64,000 bases of DNA. Source: Macrostomum lignano. Taxonomy: Eukaryota. The notes beneath the pieces were generated by a model, which was not told where the DNA came from, made no database searches, and was given only the letters and a program-made list of their open reading frames with translations. How positions within the stretch are numbered: the first letter of the stretch is position 1; each line of letters begins with the position of its first letter. This document shows positions 39,061 through 50,238 of the stretch, piece after piece. Where the stretch lies: NCBI GenBank assembly GCA_002269645.1, contig NIVC01000500.1, forward strand, positions 124,001-188,000, in the 5' to 3' direction. The position numbers and the translations under genes are program-made.

Positions 39061-41171
39061 ATGCCGTTCAAGCCGACTGAACGACAAAAGCGGCGTGAAA
39101 AGAGGAAAAAATATATTAAAACAAATTTTGGCTCCCACAGTAGCTACCTAGAGCACATGCGGCGGCAACAGCAGAAGTATAGGGACAAAGGCAATCGCAA
39201 GGACAAGGCAGGGTCCAGCACTTCGGCAGAGATCCCCAGCGATCCTTGGCAAGATCGGCAGCGGCGTTCAAGCGGGAGAATGCCAAGCTAAAGGCCAGGG
39301 TGCACCTGCTTGAGACTGCTGCCAAGCAGCGCAAGACAAGCAAAACCTGCCTGCGAGTGAAACTTCACCGCGCGAATAAGGAATTGGCGGCAAAAAGTTG
39401 CCGGCTTCAGACTTTCACCAACATAGCTAGCCATGTGAAGAGAGCGCTGCAGTCAGTCAGACGGTTCAATAACACCCGGCGAGTAATCAAGGCTGCCTGT
39501 CTAAACGCCCACGAGGCAGGACGGAAGGCCGTCATGGCCTTCTTTGGCGCCTCCGCGAAGATCTTGAAGCAGCCGAGAGCGCCGAAGATAAATCTGCTTG
39601 TGAGCGTCGTCCAGGAGTACTTTTGCCAGGACGAAAACTCGCGGGCCACCTCCTCCCGGAAGGATTGCATCTCCAAGAGATTTGGCGAGGAGAAGGAGAC
39701 AAAGCAGAAGCGTTATCTCCTGAGCTCAGTCTCCCTGCTCCATGCAAAGTTCCTTTGGGAGTATCCTGGTGTGAAGATCAGCCGGGCAACATTTAACCGC
39801 TGGAAGCCATGGTATGTCAAGAGGGCTCGTCTGTGTGACCGAGACATGTGTATGTGCATAAAGTGCACTAACACGGAGTCCTTAATCAAAGGCATGCACA
39901 TTGCTGGACTTCTTCACAGCCACCACATTACTAAAGTGTTGAATGAAATGGTCTGCGACATGGAATACGCTGACTGCCTGCTGCGCAAATGCGACGAGTG
40001 CCGTCGCAAGTCATTTGTAGTCACGGAGACAGCTGAGGCTGAGCCACAGGTTGTGTACCGCGTTTGGAAGCCTCGGACAGATGGACGCAGCGGCTTGGAT
40101 GTGGTCAAAGAGACGGCATCATGCAAGACGGCTATCAGCATGCTGATGGTGCAACTAGTCGACTTTGCGGGCCACTTTATGCGGATGCGGAACCAGTATC
40201 GTGCAATCCGCCAGGTTAAGGATACTCTGCAGCCGGGACAGCTCCTGTTGCACATAGACTTCTCCGAAAACTATACGGCGAAGTACCACAAAGAGGTACA
40301 GGCGGCGCACTTTGGCGACAAGGATCAGGTGGTGCTTCATCAAGGCGTGGCCTACATGGCTGGACATCAACCTTGCTCATTCGCAACGGTATCAGGAGAG
40401 AGGAGTAAGACGGCGGAGGCCATCGCCGCTCATCTACAACCAGTCCTTCGCCACTTTAAGGAGAAGCACGATGTCGATAAGGACGCCTTTAGCCAACTGG
40501 ACCAGATCGTCATCGTCTCTGATTCGCCATCCAGCCAGTATAGAAATCGCAAGATGGTTTTCTTATTCGACCGCCTGATGAAGATCATGAGGGTGTCAAG
40601 CTGGCGTTGGATCTACACAGAGGCCGGACACGGCAAGGGTGCTGCGGATGGAGTTGGAGCGGCTATCAAACGCCGCTGCGATGAAGTCGTGGCTAGCCGG
40701 CAGGACGTTGTAACACCTCAGGATGTTATGGAAGCCGTCAGATCGGGTAGCCCTCTGCACATACTCACATGGTTGGTTCAGCCAGAGGACATGAACTATT
40801 TCACAAGCATCATCACCTTCGTAGGTGAGGACCTCTGCGGCATGCCAGGCTCGAAGTCGATGCACGACGTCTCAAGGACTGATGGTGGGCCGATCACTTA
40901 CCGTCAGCTGTCCTGCATGTGCCCTGGTACAGCAGTAGCCTGCCCATGCCACGAGATGAAAGTGTGGGCGCCGCTGATGCTGCCGGAGGCGCCAGCTCCT
41001 GATACTGCAACGAGTGGACTCGGATGTGGGCGTGGAGGTGGACGTGGACGCCGAGGTGGACGAGGACGCGGAGGTGGACGCCGAGGTGGACGAGGACGCG
41101 GAGGTGGACGTGGACGTGCAAGTGGTGATGAAAAGGCGCTGCTCCCTTATGACTTTTGCAACGAACCTTAG
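39061..41171 (+). CDS. Sola2-like DDE transposase (one frameshift near 39245), RGG-rich C-tail
   Basis: 641-aa frame 39246-41171 with a Cys cluster (CMCIKC; C...CLLRKCDEC) and the motifs HIDFSENY, HQGVAY, VSDSPSSQYRNRK and TEAGHGKGAADGVGAAIKR. The upstream basic frame from the ATG at 39061 joins it with a 1-nt shift. Transposase identity is strong; the Sola2 subgroup call is from motif recall. No TIRs found. Confidence 0.7.
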
Positions 41172-41283
41172 GTAGCTCATCTCAGCTCTCTAACTATCCT
41201 ATATATCCTATATACTAAAAATGAAATCCTATCCTAATTGTACGTGCTATATACCATTAAAGTAGGGGTTGATTTGCTCACAT

Positions 41284-42239
41284 TTATATATTAAATAAAG
41301 TTAGGCGCAAGTAGTACAAGTAAGGTGAACCATTCGTATTTAAATCCGAATGCGGAACGAGGCCTCCATCGGCTGCGGCAGAGACAAGGGAGTATGGCCT
41401 CCTTGGAGTCGGCATCTCCAGCGGCGTTGAGGTGGGCGGTGCAGCAGGCTCCGCTGTTGCAGCAGGATGGACTGCGGCAGCGAGCTGTTGTATTAGCTGT
41501 TGGTTCTGCTGCATCTTCGCGGTCATCAATGCGTTGACATCGATGCCAGGAGTTGTCGGGGTGAGGGTGGCAGCAGTGACCGGCGCAGTAGGAGTAGCAG
41601 CCAGTTGTTGTGGGCCCCGGTCGGTCCCGGCGAGGTCGTAGCGGTCGTTAAAGTTGGGTGTCAAAGAGGCATCAGGACCAGTGGGGGCTCCAGAACTAGT
41701 GCCAGCGGTGGCAGCAACAGCGGTCGGAGTGGGCGGCATGGTATGCGCCAGAGCAGTAGTGGTTGCAGAAGTGGAGGTGGTGTCGCCGGCATCCATCGAA
41801 CGCATAATAACCATGAATTATTTGAAGAGTTGTGAACGCTCTGCTACCAAATTTGTCGCTTGGACAACAAACTAATGAGCAGTTAGTAGATGGAGTGTAT
41901 TTCGTGGCAGTGGAAGCAAAAGGTAAAGCAGAAAGAAAGGAACATGGACGCGCCTGAGGGGAGCAAAGCTAAGAGAAACCTATAACGGAGAGGAGGTCTT
42001 GTACATAGATATAAAAGTGGTAAACGCAAAGGATGAGCTAGGTCACTATTGCTGGAATTGCTTGGCTAAACGGTAGGGATGAGGTCATAGACAATAAATA
42101 AGGTTAGCTGCAACTAATTAATATGTTAAAGGGACTAAAAGTACATGAAAACGTAAGTCGAAGGTGAAGGCCCAAAAGAGGCGAAGTATTGGAGGATTAT
42201 AATCCGACACCCATGATGTCAAAACTCGGTCCATCACAT
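41284..42239 (-). mobile_element. ~950-bp insert, probable internally deleted tyrosine-recombinase (DIRS/Ngaro-like) retroelement
   Basis: Bounded by the direct repeat TCACAT (41278-41283, 42234-42239). It contains a low-complexity Ala/Thr/Pro ORF (41284-41814, -) like a gag N-terminus, and a palindromic AT-core site near each end. Confidence 0.4.
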
Positions 42240-43984
42240 CCTGTTACATTTCTTTAAACTAGTGTTAAATGCACACTATGTTTAAAATACTATCATTCTT
42301 CATGCACTATTTTTATTGATTCAGGGGCAGTCAAGTCCAAGCATGACTGTTTCGATAGCTTCATTATATAGTTCCTTCATGCCTACATATACAGATAAAT
42401 GTTTTTTAATCTACCCATTTCATCAAATTGTTTTCAGTTGTTTTTGTCCTGCAGTAACGTTTGTAAATCCTTTTGGATTGTAATACTTTAGCATAAACCA
42501 GTCAGTATACATGTACTTTTTAAATTTCTTCTTGTTTAATAATATTGTATCCATTCATAGCAGACTAGAGTATATAGCTGTTTGCAAGACTACATTTCTT
42601 GCAAGAATAAAAAATATAAGACAAGAAAATGTCTTATTTATAATAAATAATTACATTTAGAGTCAAACATAGATAATTCTACAGAATATCAGGCTGCATT
42701 CATATGTACCATATATTAAGATGTCCAAACTCCAATATTCCATGCATATTTACAATGCAACAAAGCTTTTTGCAATCATATTTCATTTCTGTGCTTGATT
42801 TGTTTTGTCTCTTCTTTCCAGTTTTTGCATCTTCTTGAACTTTTTGAGACTATACACAATGCACACGAATTTTCTCAGCTCTTTATATGCCATGTGTGCT
42901 ATATTTAAACTGCCTTTGTAATTTCATACTTACTATAAAGCTTCTCTATTATACACTCATGCTTTAATTTTTGCTGTAGATGTATAAATATATTCTTTTT
43001 CCGTCTGAAGCAGACTTCTGAGTTAAAATATGAGTACATATAGATCTTCCTATGGATGTTTGAATCATCCAAAAGGATTATGTGATACATAAACTTTGCA
43101 ATCATTCTTGTAACCACAGATATGAATTAGCGCCTAGCGGGATACTAAATTTCGCGCATAAATGCACATATCAGTCGTTCACGCTAAGAAATGTAGCTAA
43201 CAATTTTCAGATAATGTTTTGAATTACTATATTTGCGTTATCCAACGCAATGCGCATTGTAATTAATTTGTAAATAGCTAGAAAATGTCACGAACAAAGC
43301 AATGTAATACTTGAGATAGTACCCTCAGGTTGCGCGACGCACAAATTGTTCAAAGTTAAACGAATGCGTATCATAGGTATACAGTCATATTATAACAAAA
43401 TATGTTTATTTAATGGTTCGGCGCTCCGTAAACAGAAAACTAATTAAATGAAATTATTATCTATTTTAAAAGAATAAATTACTCTATAGAATTTGACGAT
43501 GATATGCTGGTGTATTTCTAGTTTTCGTGCAATAAAATAATTCCGATAATAATATTTAAACAAAGCGGCATTCCATGCTGTCCTGACATTTTGTTGTGGT
43601 TTACGACACAAAATACGTTTGTTGCATCTATAATTCGTTCTTAGGTAAAGATTGAGTCACGAATTTTTAAAGAAAAAAAACGGAAGCATAAGCAGTGCCT
43701 GATTTTGAGAACGACCCTTCTACGTTTGTTATAAATATACGCAGTTGAGATAGTATAAATAGGAGCGAAGTTGGAGGTAGGAAAATTAACACTCGTTCGA
43801 TAGCTATAAGCTCAAAACGTTGTTCAATACTTATTCTCAGATCATTGCTTATTTTAAAGAGGTATTGAGAGTTGGGAATCAGGGATTCATGCAAAGAAAG
43901 TACTAAGAGTGATCGCTGTGACCCTCTAATCTCGGTAACGCCCAGACTGGAGAGAGAAAGTACATATACCAGTAAGACCGCTCA

Positions 43985-44108
43985 GGCCATATACTAAGAA
44001 CGCTACCAGACTAATATACTAAGAACGCTACCAGACTCATATACTAAGAACGCTACCAGACTAATATACTAAGAACGCTACCAGATTAATACATAAGACG
44101 CTACCAGT
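43985..44108. repeat. ~29-bp tandem repeat (ATATACTAAGAACGCTACCAGACTA)
   Basis: 4-5 units. Confidence 0.88.
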
Positions 44109-45876
44109 ATATTTAAATGACATTCTAAGAAACAGTTAGAGATACCAAAGGCAGAATTTAGTATCAGCAGAGGAAATTGAAAACCTGTAACAACTTGGTG
44201 GCAGCTTGTAGGATATTTAATCAACACTAGCATCAATAGTTAGAAATTTAGAAAGACAGAGCCAGAAGGCCTATCACAGTTAGTGTCAGCAGTGGGATTG
44301 TTCATAAAGACAGGGGAATAACACCTGTCACACATTGAAAAAATAAAGATACATGTATGACTGTATCTCTCAAATACATAATCACAGTTTTGGCCCAAAC
44401 ACCTTTAGCCAAACTGGTTTATGGGCAAAATGGTCTAGGGCAATGGGCAAAAAATGTCCATGGCCAAAGCTTGGGGGCTCATAATCCGCTCATTCCATAT
44501 AAGATGGACATATTTCGAAAATAGAAAAAAGTCAACATTTTTGCTTGCTATTGCCTTATTAGCCTATTTTTTACCTATTTTTTTGCCTATTTTTTAAGGT
44601 TGAAACAAACTATAGATAAAAGTATAGTACTTGCATCATCAGATAAAAGCATTGGTGACCAAATAATCTATTATAATTTTAATGTATTAGTACTTCAAAG
44701 TTACTGAATTGACAGAAAAAATATGTTACAACCATAATGTTACAACCATAAGGCTGCCTTTTCTTTTGTATCTTTGTTGCCTTTTGAGTTTATATATTCA
44801 AATAAAAGAGTATGATTTCTAAAGATGTTCTTAGTCAAATTTTAAAAATGTATTGCAAAATATCCAAAATGAAAAATGTTATAAGACTTTTACCTTTTAG
44901 TTTCTATATGTTAAAAATCCTGTTGTTACAACCATAAGTGTCATTTAAGGTTTAATAGTATCTATACTAATGATGATATCATATGAAACTCTATAAATAT
45001 ATTCTAGACAAAATAATCTTTTATTTAAAATATTGGTTTAGTATAATCTATTATTAGATTTTATTTTATAAGTAAAAATAGCTTGTCATGTTATGACCGT
45101 GCTTATATGGAATGAGCCTGGGAACCAGTGGTGTGAGTGAGGCGCGAATTCGTACCAGGCGCAAAAAAGGCGTAAATACGCGATTTCTGAGGGCAGGCGC
45201 GAATTTTTGTCAAGCAGAGGCACGATTTTTCAATTTTCAAATTTTCATTTTTTACTGATGAATTGATCACGTTTAGTCTATTCATGCACGCTTTATTCAA
45301 ATTTAAACTTTATGTTATGGTGTACAATACATGCAAATCTGGATCTGGAGCAGCAGCTGAAAATGAAAGAAGACGAGATGCTGGATCTGACTCGTAACAA
45401 GGAGAAGGATCAAGAGTTGGAACAGCTTCGACAGGAGAAATGCAAGCTCCAGCAGAAGAAATTGAAGGAAGCTGAAAGAATTGCTAAGCAAGTGCTGAAA
45501 TGGAAGGCTGTTGAGCAGGAAGTTAGGAATAGCCATTGTCTGCCCTAGAGTGTCCTTCAAAAAAGTTTAGAAATCAAATACCATGAAGTTTTGACACCCA
45601 TTTTTGTCCAAGGACATTTGTTGCTTGCTTTTTAGTTGTGCAGGCCAAACTTTTATGAGTGGTAAAGTACTGCCACAGCAAGGATTGATCCTTAGTGCTG
45701 GAAAAAAGAAGCAAAAACCATAAAAATATGGGTTTTCTACATGTACATATGTGTAGTTAGCATGTTATTTAAACTAGTAAACAATGGCGCAAATTTTTTT
45801 GTGAGGCACAAAAAAATGGCCCTTTGCCAATCACATTATCACACCACTGCTGGGAACAAATCAACCAGAATTCATT

Positions 45877-47296
45877 GGCATAAATTTACTTTCATTTGCA
45901 AATTTTTTTCTTTTAAAATGGTACCAATGACGCGGAATGACGAATAGGAATAGTTTATGGCCCATACTAGCCATGTAAAGTTGTTTGGGGCACAAAAATT
46001 TGGCTCAGTTTTATTGAGCTCATAATGTCAATTGGTTTAACATAACTAATGGGAAACATTTTTAAACAGCACTGAGCATTGCTCAATTCAGTTCAATGCA
46101 GTCCTAACTGTCTCAGATTCCTAAACTGGGTAATAATGACGAATCTAGTACAGAATGCTGCCAAAAGCCTTGGCAGGCCCTAGGTGTGGGTGAAGGCATC
46201 GCCATAGATACTCTTGGATATGCAATTCAAAGAGGGCATTAGTAGTGCTATGCATGGCCCGGAATTTTGCTTTGCAGTTGCCCCACATCCTTTCAATTGT
46301 GTTTGTATGCAGCGTGGGGTCATTAGGGTCCATAAAGTGGAGCCTATGATTCATGACACTGTGGTCACCATGACCACCAACAGCATTTGCCACTTAATTA
46401 TATGCCTGCTAGCCATCTGTCAAGATCCGCGTGCCAGGTAGGACATACTGCTAGATGATAGGCAGCAGTATAGCAGTGGACCTGTCTGGTACAACCACCA
46501 TGACGCACTTGGGTGAACCTCGTTCCACCATTCTGAGCACCCAGTGACCATCATGGTAGGCTCCCTGGTGATACTTGCAGTGAAAGAACCAACTTTCGTC
46601 AATCTTAACCACGTGACCAGGGTCACCTAGCTGCATTGGGTGATCCACATAGTACTGGCAATAGACATTGCAAACAAAGTTGAGCCAGTCAATGGCGGTG
46701 CAGCTACTGATGTGACACTCGTGCATGACAGTTGACATGGACTTGTTTTTGGCCCAGCATTGCAACAGGGTGATCAGCTGCTGCAGGTCCAGATGGCTGG
46801 CCTCAAAAAAGGAGCCCTTGCATATGCTTTCCTGGTGTTGACAGGTTTTATAGTCCTAGGTGTAGCCATCAATGAATCGCTCTCCATTGTGGTGCTGCAG
46901 ATTCATTGGTATATGCGTAGCAAATGGGCAGGTCCATTGGTTGGCCAATAGTCCATGACAAGCAAGCCACTATATAGTCTTGTCAATACTTGCCGTTACT
47001 TCTATCAGATCCCTTGAATTCATATTTAGTTCCATCAATGCCTGTGCTAACAGAACTTCATTTAGTGGCACAATCCACGATGGTCTTGGGGGCCATCTAG
47101 CCATTTGCAAATTAGAAGAGTCTCAAAGTCTCTAAAGTCCAAACTATAGTAAGGGCTCAATAAAACTCAGCAAAATTTTTGTGTCCCAAACAACTCTACG
47201 TGGCTAGTATGGGCCATAGACAACTCCCATTTGTCATTCCACATCATTGGCACCATTTTAAAAGAAAAAAATTGCAAACGCAAGTAAATCTACACC
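45877..47296 (-). mobile_element. Merlin (IS1595/ISXO2-related) DNA transposon, decayed
   Basis: ~145-bp TIRs (45877-46020 and 47153-47296) starting GG; 8-bp TSD AATTCATT/AATCCATT. Confidence 0.9.
46145..47104 (-). pseudogene. ISXO2-type transposase pseudogene
   Basis: Fragments WLACHGLL...C...DGY, GDPGHVVKIDESWF..CKYHQG..WVLRMVERGS..VVPDRST.ILLPII and HSVMNH..FMDP...LHTNTIERMWG..KAKFR, broken by stops and frameshifts. Confidence 0.88.
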
Positions 47297-48357
47297 AATC
47301 CATTTTTCATAGTAAATATTAAATGTCATGTAAAAAACCCCAAGGCCAAAAACAGTTTTTGCACTTCTCTGAAAGAAAGGGCATACAGCCAAAATCCAAA
47401 AATTTTTATATGCAAAATAATCATATGATGATAATTGATGATGACTTGATCAAATCTATAAGACTTTAAATAACATAGGCAATAGGCCTAGTTAAAAATG
47501 ACAACTTTGACAAAACTTTGATCCAAAGCAATTAAGGGTATATTTATATAATGTAATGAAATAAATTCTAGGGGCCTATATTTGAAATATTTCTGGCAAC
47601 AACCAATGTATACTTTTTAGTTAAGACCTTTAACTATAATGGAAATACTGTTATACTATTTACTCTACTTATTGTATTGCAATTGTAGTTATTTATATTA
47701 TTTGTCATAAATAAAGTGCTTCTATGAATACTAAGTATAATGAGTCATATGACCTATGTTAAATAATTGAGTTAAATTTCTTGGAAATTAAAATGCAATT
47801 ATTAAAATTAACCAAAATAACATTTTTTAACTCTAAAATAAAATCTATGCATATTATTATACTAGCTAAGAATCAATACCTTGACTAAAGTTAAAAAATA
47901 CAAGTTACATTTGCTTTTAATTAGACCTACAAATTATTAAATTGTTACAATGCAATATTTCTCTCATTCTTAGTTTGACATTTAATTGAATATTTAGTTA
48001 GACTTAATTTAACTAGAATTCTAGGAATAGTCCTATTCCTAGGCAATAATATTCTTAATAGTCCTATTCCTATTGCCTAGAATAGTCCTAGAATTCTAAG
48101 TAGATGGTTGTTGCTATGATCTAAGATTCTTGCATAGCTAGGCCTAATATAACACAATAGGCCTATAACAATTTAGTGAATGCAGCATTGTCCAAGGTGT
48201 AGGACTAAGATTGCCACACACCAAGACTGTCACACTTGGAAGAGCTAGGGGGGAGGAATTTGGCTCACTATGTTATTGGATAGTGCTAGGGAGGGGTGAG
48301 AGGGTGTGGAGAGTCAGTAGGACAAGGCTGCAAAAGAGGAACTGATAAGTTTGTAAG

Positions 48358-48634
48358 CATACATGCATAACAGTCAGCCAATCTGGTTGACCAATTTGGC
48401 GGCCAACCAAGGAAGTTGAAAAAATGCCCACACAAAAAATACCAGTAGTACTAAGTAGCTGATGAGGCATTTTTGCTTAATAAGACAGTTATAGTTAGTC
48501 CTGCCATTTACCCAAAGTTGCGTTAATTTTGCTTTGGGGTTTTTTACATGTAAGTCGCAGACCAAAAACTATGTCGCATTTTTCTTAAAACTAAGTTGCA
48601 CGGCTGACCAAATTTTGGAGGTTGCACATGTATG
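48358..48634. mobile_element. hAT-type MITE, second copy of 7035-7314
   Basis: TIR CATACATG...CATGTATG; 8-bp TSD TTTGTAAG (48350-48357, 48635-48642); internal sequence aligns with the first copy. Confidence 0.92.
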
Positions 48635-50238
48635 TTTGTAAGACGAGTAAGCCTTCTTCATTTTTTCATTTAATTTGAATTGTAAAGGAACTATCAATCC
48701 TAAATAAACAGCTACTTTTAGTAGAAAGTTGTGAAAAAAACTCTTGACTTAACTGCATTCTTAATTCAAAGTTTTGAATTATGGTCCTTGAGTTGGTTAT
48801 GATTGTTATAATTTGTTATAATGTGGATTTTCATGTGTGATTTGAGCATGTCTGATTGCCAATGCAAATATGCCAATTTGATTGCAAGCAGGCAGGCCAA
48901 CCAACGCATATGTATTTTGATGTTACAGGATGGTGAATTGTATAGCTATACCATTGTTATCATGTGTACAAATATAGGCTTCATGTAAAAATGACACTTA
49001 AGTAGTCTATAATTTGTACACAGTAGGCTTTGAGCTGTATGAGGCCTAGTAGGCAGTTTTATACTCACTTTTGAATCATTCAATCACTAACTCACTCACT
49101 CTTTTACCCTCTATCTCACTCACTTACTCACTTGCACACTGATCACTCACTCAAAAGTTACTATGATCACTCTTAATACATACATTCAAAATGTATAGCA
49201 CAAAAATGCATATGCATTTACATTTACTCTCATTCTCTCCCTTTGCTTTCTTCAAAATTCTCGGCTTTGAATACATAGTAAAATATACACAATGTGCTCA
49301 TATATATATATATATATATACATTCCCATAGGCATTGGGCCTGAGATGCACTTTTTCAGTTATGTAAGTGAACAATAGTGGAATTAACTTGCTTTTGTCA
49401 AAAAATATATAAACCTTTGTCAAAATGAATGGCACCTCTAAATCTATGTACTATACCAACATATCAAGATGCTTAGTATTTGTTTGTCTCAATTGTCTAT
49501 AATGCACTAGATGCACACAGATGCCAAATATATGCTCATATAATCTAATATACAAGCTTGTGAAAAAACTTTTCATATTTCAGCAACTTAGCAATCAATT
49601 TTTTTAAAGGCCTTTTTGAAAGTGAAATTAAATCTAATTACTCAAGCTTTTGCTCTCAAAACAAAAGCATTGTTCATGCTCATCTACTGCTAAAAGTAAT
49701 GAACTATGGTTTTGTTAAAGATATTGTTAAAATTGCCGTGGTTGACTTGCAATCATATTGGGCCATTTATTTGTCTTGGGTCATTTTGATGTGACCCATC
49801 TTGGGATGCTTCCTCCTCATCTAACTTTACTACCCATCACAACCAATAGCAATGCTGGAAGATTGGTAGCTCTCCCTCAATTCTAGTAGCCAGTAAGATC
49901 TGTGCCAGTCTTGGTATATGGCGGTGTTAGTTGTGCATCTTGTCTAATTCTGAATGAGTTCAAATATTATTAGCAAAAAAGTAACTAGCATAATATAATT
50001 TCTAAAGTTTTCTAAAACATTACTTTAGAATTGTACTGATACACTATTTATAACTAGTAGCATCTACCAATATCAATACAAATGAAAAAATGAAAACTGA
50101 AAACTACACGATATTTCACACCTACCATGAATAAGTCTAATCATTGAAAACTTTTATTCTAGCAAAAATAAAGCAACTTAGATAAGTTAAGTTTCAATTG
50201 TTTGACCAACCCAAACTTTTTCAGCGTCTACAAAAATT

